A stretch of 64,000 nt of DNA from Candidatus Poribacteria bacterium (lineage in GTDB: Bacteria > Poribacteria > WGA-4E > WGA-3G): contig OZ242029.1 in NCBI GenBank assembly GCA_965205015.1, positions 1,952,001 to 2,016,000 of the forward strand. Reading direction: 5' to 3'. Under the pieces are notes generated by a model. That model saw only the letters and a list, made by a program, of their open reading frames with translations. It made no database searches and had not been told where the DNA came from. The stretch's first letter is position 1. Each line of letters opens with the position of its first letter. A program made the position numbers and the translations under genes. This document shows, in pieces, positions 46,213 to 56,525 of the stretch.

Positions 46213-49200
46213 TTAGAAACCCATCATTGCTCGCACAAACGTCGTGTTACTCGTTGTGTGGTCAAGCAGGATGGTGGTTCGCCGGTAACCAGCGAGGATA
46301 ACAATGTTAAACCCAAGCCATTCACCACGGTTGATTGCTTGGACTTCAAATATCCGTGTTCGCAGGTCCGGTCGGAAAAGGACTGGTACATCCTCATCCT
46401 CCGGGAAATTCGTCAAATATTGTTTGAAGTTATTATCCCGGTTGGTAAATTTCCTGTACTGGAAACCCCCAAGAATGTTCATTCTTTGCGTGAACTGATA
46501 ATCAAGCCTTACGCCGAGAACATCTTCACGACTTCTACGGTTGAAGCGCAAGTATTCGATGGGTTCATCATCAGTTGGAACAAACAGACGTGGATTAAGG
46601 GCGTCCCCGATTTCCTCTGCACCGCGGTCGAAAGCGCGGTCCCAAATGTACTTCACCATCGGTGTAAGCGTCAAATCTTCACCAATTCTGTCGATGAAGG
46701 GAAGATCACCAAGAGGGATCTCGTATCTGGCTTTGAGAATTGTCTGCTGGTTACGAATATCCCGTTCGGGATAACGGCGCTTCTTCCAGTTTTCAGCATC
46801 ATAGATTAAGCCCGGATCCTCAGGGTTCAGCGCGTTAATTCCGTGATCTGGATAGAATGGGAATTCCCGTCTGTCACCAGCAGCTCGGACCTGCTCAACT
46901 GGAACCATGAAGTCAACGCGTTGATCGGCGTTGAGGGGATCGCCTTCTTCCCCTGATCCCTCAACATCCAAGAAAATCGCGCCCTCCTGATCCTGCTCAA
47001 ACTGTTTTTGCAGGACAACGAGGAACTTCGCTTCGAGCGTGAGGTTCGGAACAGCAGTGTAGAGGAACTGCAGCGTCGTTGTATTCACACGAGCGTTGTA
47101 GAAATCAAGCTCATCGGAAATTTGGACAGGCTCCAATTCACCGACACGCAGTGTAATGGTGTAATCTGGAATATCGTCTCGGACTCGGACGAAACGGTTT
47201 TGGAAAAGGACAGTTCCAAAATCTGGAATGTCACGTTGATAGGTGACATGTAAGTATTTGGAATCATTCCGACGGCGGCTTGAAACTTCGTTTTCGTTAA
47301 GCCACCCAACTTTGAGTGAAAGGTTGTCAAGGAGGTCATATTCAGCGAAGACATGGTATCCTTGCCTGTCTACCCCGTACTCATATTGCGGTTCAAAATC
47401 GTCCTCAAGTGAATCGATAGTACCGTTGTTGTTCAGATCAACAAGGTCGGTGAATACTGGCGGATCAGCATCAAAGATGAGAAAGTCTTCTTGGAAATCC
47501 AAAACGCCGTTCTGGTCTCTATCATCAGCACGCGGTAGGACTCCGTCAAAGTCGATATCATCGGGCCAGTCATCATCATCATCATCATCTTCAATGAGGG
47601 CGTAATTAACTTCATCCCAGGGGTCTCTTTCAGCCTGAGATTCGGGGGTTCGCTCCAGCGAATACGGCTGGTCTCTGTCGGTATTGGCACCGAAGTTGAG
47701 ATAGGTTGTGGTGTACCCGGGATCGATGTGATAATAGACACCTTCAAGATACAACTTCCCAAATCGGGATTTGAGTTGGACGAACCAAGCGGTTTCTCTA
47801 CCCATTTCTCCGTCGCCGCTTTCGTCGGTTCCGTCACCACCCAACCTGGCTTCAAATCGTTCACCTTCGGTCTCTGAATAGGTCGGTACACCGTTCCGGT
47901 CTAATGGCAAACCCGTAGCTGGATCGACAGAGATACCGGTTTCTTCCTCGCCATCCTCGCCTATAATCGTAGGCGTGATTCTACTAAATCCAACCTGATC
48001 CTTCGGGATCGTCGGATATTGCTTATATTTGCCGTTGATAGAGTAGTGCGCACGAACGAAAACGTTGCCGACAGTACCCTCTAAGTCAAGCCCGTAGAGG
48101 AGTGCAGCACGTGCGGCACCGTAACGATAACGGATTTTACGCGGTCTGCCTTCACCCGTCCAGCTATCCGGATTATCAAAGCGGGCATCGCGGTTCTGGA
48201 TGTAATCCGAGGATTGCCCATAGTTACCGGGCGCCTGAATAACATCGCGGTATGGCATCTCAATGTGTCCATCTTCGGTTTTAATCCATTCTTCAACAAA
48301 TGGATCTGCCCCTTCAGCAGCCTTGTTGGCATCACTGAATCCGATAACGGCAATGTTATAATCACCCGCGACGACCATGTCAAAAACGACCGATTGAACA
48401 GTTCGCGGATCAACATCATGTTCCTCAAAAACGAGATCATACTTCATTTTATTGAAGCCGTCTACAAGTGCCCAATCCCCGGACGTACGGATATCAGAGG
48501 GAAGTCCGCCTACATCAATCGGAGTGACATCGCTGGAGAAGATATCAATCTTTTGTGTTTGTGCGGGTTGCGCTTTCGGTTCAACACCGTCTTCAATCTC
48601 TTCGGGTGTTAAATCTTCCAACTCTTGCGTGATGATTGTAGCCGTCATTTGCTTAAAAGCCGCACCGACACCACCTTGAATATTGCCGCCATGCTTGGCT
48701 TCATCATAGCCGGAGAATAGCGTAACGGAACCGTGATTGTCTTCAGGCGAATCATCGCGGAAAACAACAGTGATGACCTCTGGCGGTGTATTCGCGACAG
48801 TACCCATAATCGGGTTTTCAACGCGTTCGGGGTGCTCTTTATGAAGGTTGACGTAAGTAAACCCAACGCGGAAAATGTCGCCCAAAAGCCCTTGAGCTCG
48901 AAAACCCATGAGTCGCGCGTTTTCAATATGCCGAACGCCAGCGTCTTCATTTAAACCATTTCGACGTCCAAGGGTCGGCGCAAGGTTCGCCGCTGCGTCT
49001 GTCAACTGAACGGGGTTTGAGATACGTGAGTTAATGAGCGTGAAAAGGTGTCGTTCCTGTGCAAAAGAGATATCCCAACGAAGCCCATCAAACTCTGTCT
49101 TGTAGAGGATATAGCGGTTCGGGAACAGTGTAGAGGGCTTGAAACGCATGCTATCCCCAATAGCAAACTCAGTATATCTACCACGGAAACTGTCTTCTGT

Positions 49201-49533
49201 TAAAACGGTTCTATCCAGCTGCGCTGAGAATCTTTCGCTATCCAGCTGACCGGTCCGACCAACAATCAAGGTGCCAGCCTGGTCAAACTCTTTCTCCTCA
49301 ATATAGTTATAGACCTCGTTACCCTCAAGCAGCTCTTTTCCAAACAAGTCATAGAAGAACTGTGGTTCCTCTTCCAACTGGAATCGTGCTGAAAATTTAG
49401 AACTCCCCTCAATTGTTGGCAATAGGGGCTCTTGTGGACCAAGGCTCTGTGCACCACAACCGTAAAGCACAAAAGCACTCAGGATACAGGTCGCTACAAG
49501 TAAAACATCAAATGATTGTTTTAGCCTGTTCAT
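46213..49533 (-). CDS. Large (about 1100 aa) acidic outer-membrane lipoprotein, putative beta-barrel with Ca-binding DxDxDG-like repeats
   Basis: Lipobox VLYG-C, many alternating-pattern strands, DDDDDDWPDD / DRDQNGVLD / DLNNNGTID motifs, and terminal Phe (TFVRAMMGF). AAGGAGG RBS precedes ATG 49533. Confidence 0.7.
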   Translation of the reverse strand: MNRLKQSFDVLLVATCILSAFVLYGCGAQSLGPQEPLLPTIEGSSKFSARFQLEEEPQFFYDLFGKELLEGNEVYNYIEEKEFDQAGTLIVGRTGQLDSERFSAQLDRTVLTEDSFRGRYTEFAIGDSMRFKPSTLFPNRYILYKTEFDGLRWDISFAQERHLFTLINSRISNPVQLTDAAANLAPTLGRRNGLNEDAGVRHIENARLMGFRAQGLLGDIFRVGFTYVNLHKEHPERVENPIMGTVANTPPEVITVVFRDDSPEDNHGSVTLFSGYDEAKHGGNIQGGVGAAFKQMTATIITQELEDLTPEEIEDGVEPKAQPAQTQKIDIFSSDVTPIDVGGLPSDIRTSGDWALVDGFNKMKYDLVFEEHDVDPRTVQSVVFDMVVAGDYNIAVIGFSDANKAAEGADPFVEEWIKTEDGHIEMPYRDVIQAPGNYGQSSDYIQNRDARFDNPDSWTGEGRPRKIRYRYGAARAALLYGLDLEGTVGNVFVRAHYSINGKYKQYPTIPKDQVGFSRITPTIIGEDGEEETGISVDPATGLPLDRNGVPTYSETEGERFEARLGGDGTDESGDGEMGRETAWFVQLKSRFGKLYLEGVYYHIDPGYTTTYLNFGANTDRDQPYSLERTPESQAERDPWDEVNYALIEDDDDDDDWPDDIDFDGVLPRADDRDQNGVLDFQEDFLIFDADPPVFTDLVDLNNNGTIDSLEDDFEPQYEYGVDRQGYHVFAEYDLLDNLSLKVGWLNENEVSSRRRNDSKYLHVTYQRDIPDFGTVLFQNRFVRVRDDIPDYTITLRVGELEPVQISDELDFYNARVNTTTLQFLYTAVPNLTLEAKFLVVLQKQFEQDQEGAIFLDVEGSGEEGDPLNADQRVDFMVPVEQVRAAGDRREFPFYPDHGINALNPEDPGLIYDAENWKKRRYPERDIRNQQTILKARYEIPLGDLPFIDRIGEDLTLTPMVKYIWDRAFDRGAEEIGDALNPRLFVPTDDEPIEYLRFNRRSREDVLGVRLDYQFTQRMNILGGFQYRKFTNRDNNFKQYLTNFPEDEDVPVLFRPDLRTRIFEVQAINRGEWLGFNIVILAGYRRTTILLDHTTSNTTFVRAMMGF

Positions 49534-50040
49534 TACTTTGTTTTTCCTCCTTGGAAATAATGAATCGGATGTTTGGGCGACGGAACTGCGATATGATTTT
49601 TCACATCTCGCTGTCCCTACCTCGGTTTCCGACAAAAAACCTTAAAAATGGATGGAAACTGCTTTAAATGTAAACGAAAAGTCTCAAAATCTCGTTAATG
49701 AAACCAACATCACTTCAATTTCGTCCTTTTCCGTTATGACTGGGCAAGTGTCCAATCAGTTGTGAACACTCAGCGAAGCATGTAAAAAGCAAATCTCCTT
49801 CCAACAGATTAAGGGTTTGTTTTGCGGGAATTCCCAATAAACAGGTAATGAAAATACCCGCAAAACTGTTCTTAGCATTTTAAAATAGCACTGATTCAAA
49901 TTTCTGTCAAGTTTTTAACAGAAAAAACGCATGCATTGGGATGGTAATTTCACATAATCATACCACAAATGTCATATTTTTCAAGTTTAATTATATCAGC
50001 ACCATTTTATTTTCGGTTTTTCACTCATTTTTAAGGACGA

Positions 50041-50065
50041 GTCGCGATCTACAAATCGCGCCTAC
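50041..50065 (-). repeat. GTAG-type REP-like palindrome
   Basis: Minus strand GTAGGCGCGATTTGTAGATCGCGAC: GTAG foot plus CGCGAT/ATCGCG stem. Confidence 0.6.
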
Positions 50066-50395
50066 ATGCCCCAAGTAATTGTCCGACAGAATACTGTGCC
50101 GGATAGGAGCATCCTTAATATGAGAATCATTTTAACAACTACTGTCTCCTAAAGATTCCCGAAGACAATAGCAAATAGATAATAAGTTGTGTCGCCTAGG
50201 ATGCCGGGTAAAAATATTGGTAAGTCCTGGTATCAATTTGTAAGTATCCTCACAATGGCAGCGAACAAATCATGCCCCACTGCCCATTGGGCGTACTATA
50301 ATTATACTACATTTTAAGAAAAATTGACATTTTTTTTTCAAACGACTGTCAATACAAGCCCCTGAACCCGAAAATTGGGCAGTAAAACTTTGAAA

Positions 50396-51820
50396 TTAAG
50401 ACGTTGCGTCCTTTAGACTTTCAGCACTTCTATTGAAATATTCCATGAACAAGGCAATCGTAACACCCACGGACAGACCCGCGATTCCCGCGATGACTAA
50501 GATAAGCCTCAGTTGAGGACTCACCGGAATTTTTCTGGGTACCGCGCGGTCGATGATTTCAATACCACCTATCTGGTTGCGAGCCGTATTTAACTTGGAT
50601 TCGGCATATAATATTTCAGCTTCAAGAGACCGTTTCGCAATCTCTTCAGCCAGTTGATTCGTTTTCTGAATCTTCGCTCCCATCTGTGTGAGAATTATCT
50701 GGTTTTCTGGGATCTGTTCCAACATTTGTGTCAATTCAGTTTCCAACGTGTGAAGTTCCTGCTTCAGATGTTCAGCAGCGTTTTCATAACGCGAGACACT
50801 TGGAATAAGGGTCAACAACTGATTCTTTATATAGGTATGATGGGCAGAGGTGCCGGAAGTAACGGTAGTCGCTGTAGGGGAGGTTTGAGCGTTTTTTTCG
50901 CGGATTGCCGCAATTTGTGCGTCGAGACCCTTCAATTCTGATGCAGTCTGACCTACCTTTTCCACATCCGCAGCACGCTGTGATTCAAGGTTGAAGAGTT
51001 TCTCTTGCTGAAACAACCAAACCGGATCGTAGGATGTCGTCTCTGATGTCTTCGTCTGCTCTGGTAAGCGTTGTAGTTGTTCCTGTAGGTATGAAATGTG
51101 AACGCCCGTCGCATGGAGCTGCTGCTGGTTCGTTTCAAGTCTTTCTCGGATATTGGCGTGACGTTCAAGCAAATTGGTAAGCGTTGGAATCCATGTTTCT
51201 GGACTGCCATTCTGGCGAGCAAATCGGAGGAGAGCCTCTAAGTCTTTCTGTATTTCAATTTGAATTTCTCGTCGTTTATTTTCGAGAAATTCCATCCGTC
51301 TTTTGAGCTTTGTTTCTTCATCCCCACGCCGCAATGTTTTCATGTCCTCTACGAGTTGGTTAACAAGAAGAGCCGCATTGCGTTCCCCTCCCTCCGTCTC
51401 CGTCAAAACAATCGAAAGATTGATATAGTCGGAATCTGGGTTCAGCTGCGCCTTCAGCATTCGTTTGAGTTTACCTACAGATGGAAGGAGAGAAACCGCC
51501 TCAACGTTGCCACTCTCTTCAAGGTTTTCGATTGCCGTTTTTAGCATTGATTCTGTGGAAAATCGAGCACTGATTGTCTCCATTTCCCGCCGATCGACAC
51601 CACCAGAGAGGACGCTTTGAAACAGGTTCGTTGAAGGCAAGGCAGACGTTGTATTAGGTTGGACGAGTAACATTAAAGTAGAAGCAGCATACGTTTTAGG
51701 CAAGCGGACGGAAACAACCAGGGCGGTTCCTAATACCAACAAGACACTCAGACAGAGTGTGAAATCATGCCTTCGGATGAGTTGAAGATAATCTCGGAGA
51801 TGTTCCTCCTGTTGCGGCAT
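50396..51820 (-). CDS. Wzz/GumC-like polysaccharide chain-length determinant (no kinase domain)
   Basis: LRDYLQLIRR, TM1, PKTYAAST, a long coiled coil, IIDRAVP...PVSP and TM2. Confidence 0.8.
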   Translation of the reverse strand: MPQQEEHLRDYLQLIRRHDFTLCLSVLLVLGTALVVSVRLPKTYAASTLMLLVQPNTTSALPSTNLFQSVLSGGVDRREMETISARFSTESMLKTAIENLEESGNVEAVSLLPSVGKLKRMLKAQLNPDSDYINLSIVLTETEGGERNAALLVNQLVEDMKTLRRGDEETKLKRRMEFLENKRREIQIEIQKDLEALLRFARQNGSPETWIPTLTNLLERHANIRERLETNQQQLHATGVHISYLQEQLQRLPEQTKTSETTSYDPVWLFQQEKLFNLESQRAADVEKVGQTASELKGLDAQIAAIREKNAQTSPTATTVTSGTSAHHTYIKNQLLTLIPSVSRYENAAEHLKQELHTLETELTQMLEQIPENQIILTQMGAKIQKTNQLAEEIAKRSLEAEILYAESKLNTARNQIGGIEIIDRAVPRKIPVSPQLRLILVIAGIAGLSVGVTIALFMEYFNRSAESLKDATS

Positions 51821-51879
51821 GAATGTATGGAATTCTCGCCCAGTTCTTGGGCAAGAAATTGCCCCTCCTTTTTTCAAGC

Positions 51880-52440
51880 CTATAGGTTGTTGGCGATACG
51901 AATTTCTTCTTCGTTAAAAGCTTCGTCGTGCCATTCAACTATACGCCATTCATTGTTTCTTTTTTCAAAGATAAAAAGGTTGTCACCTTCGGCGTACACA
52001 CCACTAAATCCGCCCTCAAGCGAATGTCCATCGGATATGAAGAGTTGGATTCTATAGTGATTCCTGACTTCCGCCTGATTACCATCCTCATTCATCGTAA
52101 TTTCTGGTGGGACAGAGAGTTCTATCTCAATATCCTGAAACTTCTCAAAAACACGAGTGGCAGCGTCTCGTTCCTGTCGAATGTCATCGAACTCCAAATC
52201 GTCTGTTTTATCTCCATCTGTCCCCATATCAGAGACATAGAGGAAACCGTCTTCCCAGAAAGTCCCGATATAGGAGTTAACGTCTTCTGTTTCATAACCT
52301 TGACGCCATCGATCTAAGATTTTATTAATTTGAAGCATTTCTTCCGGCGGCACCTGACCGACCTTGTCAGCGTCCCCACACCCCATAAAACCTATGAGTA
52401 AGATGAGTACGCCGGTAACTTTTGCAAATGCCCTAAACAT
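51880..52440 (-). CDS. Lipoprotein with an NTF2/SnoaL-like domain
   Basis: Lipobox FMG-C, followed by WRQGYETEDV...FIFEKRNNEWRIVEW. Confidence 0.7.
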   Translation of the reverse strand: MFRAFAKVTGVLILLIGFMGCGDADKVGQVPPEEMLQINKILDRWRQGYETEDVNSYIGTFWEDGFLYVSDMGTDGDKTDDLEFDDIRQERDAATRVFEKFQDIEIELSVPPEITMNEDGNQAEVRNHYRIQLFISDGHSLEGGFSGVYAEGDNLFIFEKRNNEWRIVEWHDEAFNEEEIRIANNL

Positions 52441-52459
52441 AGTAAGTACCCTCCTTATT

Positions 52460-53023
52460 TTAAAAGGTTTTAACAATACCGAAATAAAGACGTGATGGGG
52501 TTGCCCCGACCTCAATCCCCAATTTTTCAATATCTTTTGCATCCTGCTCAATAGATTTCATTAATGTAGTCGCATTGTAAAAATTGGCACCAACATAGGA
52601 ATCGATAAGACTGTAAACCCAGATACCGATACCGGTATACATAAAGAACGTCCTGAGTTTGTAACGTTGATTCGCAAATTCGTACTGTGCTAACACACCT
52701 TGATCGTCATTAGGATACAAACTGGCGTACGTTGCGTAGGCATCGTAACGATCCATAAAAGATTGCTGTGCCAACAAGGCACCGACAACAGAACCGCCTA
52801 TTCCCAAAATAGTGAGACTACCGCGAATATAACCGCGGCTATAAAATTGTCCCCATCCGGGGAGAATGGCAGAGCGCACCATCGCCCCAATCGGTGAAAC
52901 GAGGTTATCGGCTTCCACCGCTTCAGGGGATGGCTCTTCGGCTGCTGTACCGTTTTCAGCCTCCTGCGCAAAACTGGCGTGGAGGCTCAACAACAGTAAT
53001 GATGTAATGAGCAAAAATCGCAT
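52460..53023 (-). CDS. DUF5683-like membrane/secreted protein
   Basis: RSAILPGWGQFY and YSLIDSYV motifs. Confidence 0.75.
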   Translation of the reverse strand: MRFLLITSLLLLSLHASFAQEAENGTAAEEPSPEAVEADNLVSPIGAMVRSAILPGWGQFYSRGYIRGSLTILGIGGSVVGALLAQQSFMDRYDAYATYASLYPNDDQGVLAQYEFANQRYKLRTFFMYTGIGIWVYSLIDSYVGANFYNATTLMKSIEQDAKDIEKLGIEVGATPSRLYFGIVKTF

Positions 53024-53088
53024 CTGAATATGAAGGCTTTACGCACCTAAAAAGCTGCGCAAAGCCTGTACTACTCCTAATAAACGTC

Positions 53089-54708
53089 TTAACGTCTCCG
53101 TTTCGTCCGCTCTGTCGTCCGGCTTCGACTGTCATCGTCATCATTGCTACTGCTTGAGCTGCTACGCGAGCGCGATGAACTCGAACTTGATGTGGTCGGG
53201 CGCGTCCGAGTCTTTGTAGAAGAAGAGGAACGACTTATGCTTGAACGTGAACGCGTCGAACTCGAACTTGATGTCGAACTCGAACGACTTATACGAGACC
53301 TCTCCGCTGAACGGCTTATGTTTGAACGTGAACGCGTCGAACTCGAACTTGATGTCGAACTCCTATACTTTGAACGCGAATCATTGCTGGTACCTGACGA
53401 GAAGGACCGGTTTGAAGAGGAGGTCGAACGTCTATAAAGTGGAGTCGTCCGTTGTCTCTCTACGGTACTTCTATAACTGCTCACGCGCTGGGCTGTTCCA
53501 TTCGAGGAACGCCGCTGCTTGCTAAGTGTGCCGCCAGCGTATGTACTCCGTCTTACACTACTCCGCTGAAGTGCTGAGGCAGAAGCACGCGAGCGCTGTT
53601 TCTCCAAAATAATTGACTGACGTGCAATCCGTTCCGTTGTCGCCGGGGTCTGCCTTCGGTGGTTTTCAAGCGTGGTGCGGATGTTTCTCCTAACCGTTGT
53701 CCGTTCACCTTGATGCCTGTTCGCAGTCAAACGGCTGCGACTGTACTGCCGACGCGTTGTTTCATGCGCTGCACTCCACCGATTCAAACGGGTTCGCCGC
53801 TGATAAACCTTCGGGGTGCCGCGATGCGAACGATGGTAAGAACCATAATACGGCGAATAACCGCGGTAGTAGGCACCTGAATAATGCCTACGGTAACGTC
53901 CAAGATACCCACCATAATACGAACGAATCGAAAGATAGTGGTGATCGTAGATCGGATAGCTCCATCGGAGATAGTAGTCGTAGTCCGTCGCGTAATAGAT
54001 CGGACCATCGTAAAAATAGAGGTAGGTGTAACGGTGCCACGGACGCCAACGGTAAGTCGGTGTGTACCGCTGAATCACTTTAACCTTCGGTTGTCTCCGA
54101 TACGTAGATACCTCAAGATGTTCTACGTCAATTTGTTCGCCACCCTCTGCGACGACGTGAAGTTCCATCCATCCGTTTTTGACATGACCCGCTGCAGGGA
54201 TCTTAATGAGTTCAGAACGATTTTTTGCGCGCAGGACAAAGGTGTCCCCGTAACGTGTCTCCTTAGCATTCTCGTCATGGTAACCGCGCCGAGTCGCCTC
54301 ACGTTGGGTATTACGGATCCAAACACGGCCCGCAATGGGTTCTTCGTAGTCTTCGATCTCCAGGCGATGCGGTTCCCCGCGATACCTTACCAAAATTTCA
54401 ATGGACTGTGTCCCTGTTGGAATTTCAAAGAGATAGACTGCACTGGCAATCGCGAATTCGTAGTTATTTGCGTCCTCGGCAGCGTTTGCCCAAGCGGTGA
54501 GCCGAACACCATCTTCAAAACGCGGACTGGCGGTAATCGTCGCATTCCCACGTTCTATCCATTCATCGACATCATTTGCAACGCGGTGTTCTCGACTCAA
54601 TCGGTCCGCGTAATAATCATAATCCGCAGCAGCAGGGGTTAACAACCCGGCAATTGCAAAGCAACTGATGAGGCATACTGCACTTAAAATGGAAATACGG
54701 GTCTTCAT
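53089..54708 (-). CDS. Secreted protein with a Tyr-rich mid-region and an Arg/Ser-rich low-complexity tail
   Basis: Signal peptide and AGGAGG RBS. The C-terminal roughly 200 aa is dominated by R, S and T. Confidence 0.7.
   Translation of the reverse strand: MKTRISILSAVCLISCFAIAGLLTPAAADYDYYADRLSREHRVANDVDEWIERGNATITASPRFEDGVRLTAWANAAEDANNYEFAIASAVYLFEIPTGTQSIEILVRYRGEPHRLEIEDYEEPIAGRVWIRNTQREATRRGYHDENAKETRYGDTFVLRAKNRSELIKIPAAGHVKNGWMELHVVAEGGEQIDVEHLEVSTYRRQPKVKVIQRYTPTYRWRPWHRYTYLYFYDGPIYYATDYDYYLRWSYPIYDHHYLSIRSYYGGYLGRYRRHYSGAYYRGYSPYYGSYHRSHRGTPKVYQRRTRLNRWSAAHETTRRQYSRSRLTANRHQGERTTVRRNIRTTLENHRRQTPATTERIARQSIILEKQRSRASASALQRSSVRRSTYAGGTLSKQRRSSNGTAQRVSSYRSTVERQRTTPLYRRSTSSSNRSFSSGTSNDSRSKYRSSTSSSSSTRSRSNISRSAERSRISRSSSTSSSSSTRSRSSISRSSSSTKTRTRPTTSSSSSSRSRSSSSSSNDDDDSRSRTTERTKRRR
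53234..53362. repeat. Direct duplication (about 48 bp) inside the R/S-rich tail
   Basis: CTTATG(C/T)TTGAACGTGAACGCGTCGAACTCGAACTTGATGTCGAACTC occurs twice. Confidence 0.75.
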
Positions 54709-54954
54709 GAGAATCCTCCTCCTATGTTCGTGTCTTCATTTGGCATTGCCAATAGGCTTCTATCCACCGAGCCCGGTGACGCGTGCGTATCTAAACTTAG
54801 ACTGTCTTAATCAAATTGCCATAGAAATGATACAATTTTCTTTAAGAATTGTCAAGAGTTAATCGACGCCATTCGATAGTTCAGGCACCCTAATCGGATT
54901 CACCCTTTAGGAACGAATGAGCATATTGGAAAAACGAAAGGGTTTTACCAATTC

Positions 54955-55701
54955 TCAGTTTTTAGGTATCAGTTCGATACCTCTCTTTTTCGCGTGCTCA
55001 CGGGCGAGTGGCGTAATAATCGCTGGACTTGCGTAAACTAATTCTCGCACATTCGCATCCAAATTTGAAATAGTCGTTGCACTAATTAAAGTTTTTTCCA
55101 CAACGGCACGCGAACCGCTCCCTCTTTCTACAACCGACTCGGCGATTTGGGGCATTCGTACCAATTGAACGCCAAGTTCAGACAAAGCGTTTACATAATC
55201 GTTTTCAAGTTTCCTGAAAACAGTACCCATTTTTACCGAAACTTCATTCTGATGAAGGGCATCGGAGGCTGCTATAACCTGCTTCCCTTTAGAGAGTGCT
55301 TCAAAGACCAAATACGTACACGGTGTGTCCACTAACCTTAACGCCAGCTTCGCAGCCATCGGATATGAGAGGACGGGGAGCACAATTTGCTGATACGGCT
55401 CCACAAAAGTTGTTATATCGCTGAGAGCACTCTCCTGAAAAACATTATCTTCCCCAAATGCGGCATGAATCGGGTCGAGGTTTATAACTTTAATTGCGAG
55501 ATCGGACAGAATTACTGTAATTTCCCATCCATTTTGTCTGCAAGTCTGAAGCTGCTGGATCGGTTCATCCAACGCAAGCTGGGTCGCACCCAAAATAGCG
55601 AGAAGTCGTTTTTCGTGTGTGGTTTGCGTGGAGACTGATGTTTGCTCGCGCAGCACCCGCTCCACAATTCTCCGAATCTGGTCAATCAGCTCCTGATTCA
55701 T
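54955..55701 (-). CDS. BMC-associated flavoprotein-like protein with a putative encapsulation helix
   Basis: N-terminal MNQELIDQIRRIVERVL amphipathic helix, a flavoprotein-like core (AAKLAL...GKQVIAASD), and C-terminal IITPLAREHAKKRGI. Confidence 0.6.
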   Translation of the reverse strand: MNQELIDQIRRIVERVLREQTSVSTQTTHEKRLLAILGATQLALDEPIQQLQTCRQNGWEITVILSDLAIKVINLDPIHAAFGEDNVFQESALSDITTFVEPYQQIVLPVLSYPMAAKLALRLVDTPCTYLVFEALSKGKQVIAASDALHQNEVSVKMGTVFRKLENDYVNALSELGVQLVRMPQIAESVVERGSGSRAVVEKTLISATTISNLDANVRELVYASPAIITPLAREHAKKRGIELIPKN

Positions 55702-55733
55702 ACTGCCTCAACATATTAGGAAACCTATACGTT

Positions 55734-56447
55734 TCAACCGGAATCGCGTACGATTTCAACGGGTTCACCGCCTTTTAACCCTGCTGCATTGGCATCGTCG
55801 GTATCTAAGTGCATCTGAAGTACATAATCTTCATGAATTTTGGGACGGACATTTTCAAAGGTTAGCGCACGCTCGCCGCGAAAATGCACTTTTAAAAGGT
55901 CATTCTCGTGAATACCGAGCGCGTTCGCATCTCCGGGAGTCATGTGGATGTGTCGCGTCGCACAAATCGCCCCTTCCTCCAAATAGATACTTCCGGCGGG
56001 ACCCACGAGCGTAATAGGATCAGCACCCACCAGGTCACCTGAGTCGCGAATGGGCGGCTTTAATCCGAGCCGGATTGCTTCCGTTTGAGCGACTTCAACT
56101 TGCGAGTAATCTCGCACGGGACCCAGGATACGAACCGCTTCAATAGCACGCATCCGTTTCCCAACGATCGTTAACGTTTCATTGGCGGCGAATGCTCCGG
56201 GTTGATAGAGGGGCGCGTAGACAGTAAGTTGGTGTCCAGCCCCGTATAAAATTTCAAGGTGCTCCTGCGTTACATGGGCATGTCGTGCTGAGACACCAAC
56301 CGGAATCTGCTGCTGCTGTGCGATAGCATCACACGCGCGTTTTCCCGCATCACAGGTCCGCAAAGCACAACCACTACAGGCTTGGTCTGTCGTCAGTCTA
56401 TTAACAACACGCTGGGTAATCAACTCAACAAGGGCACGGTCTGGCAT
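55734..56447 (-). CDS. pduL: Phosphate propanoyltransferase (BMC phosphotransacylase)
   Basis: VGVSARHAHV, LYQPGAFA, ILGPVR...QVEV, RHIHM and MHLDTDDANA motifs, with an N-terminal helix (ALVELITQRVVNRL). Confidence 0.93.
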   Translation of the reverse strand: MPDRALVELITQRVVNRLTTDQACSGCALRTCDAGKRACDAIAQQQQIPVGVSARHAHVTQEHLEILYGAGHQLTVYAPLYQPGAFAANETLTIVGKRMRAIEAVRILGPVRDYSQVEVAQTEAIRLGLKPPIRDSGDLVGADPITLVGPAGSIYLEEGAICATRHIHMTPGDANALGIHENDLLKVHFRGERALTFENVRPKIHEDYVLQMHLDTDDANAAGLKGGEPVEIVRDSG

Positions 56448-56525
56448 CTATGTTCTGCCTTTTGGATTAGGATGTACTGAACGTCTCGGAACAAGAACGT
56501 TCAACGGATCCAAGGACTCCCTAAT

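Noticed and set aside
53884-54642. Long antisense ORFs (e.g. 53884-54642 +, 35570-36214 +, 4095-4730 -, 46258-46809 +)
   Set aside because: They lie opposite well-supported genes and show no recognisable motifs, so they are shadow ORFs.
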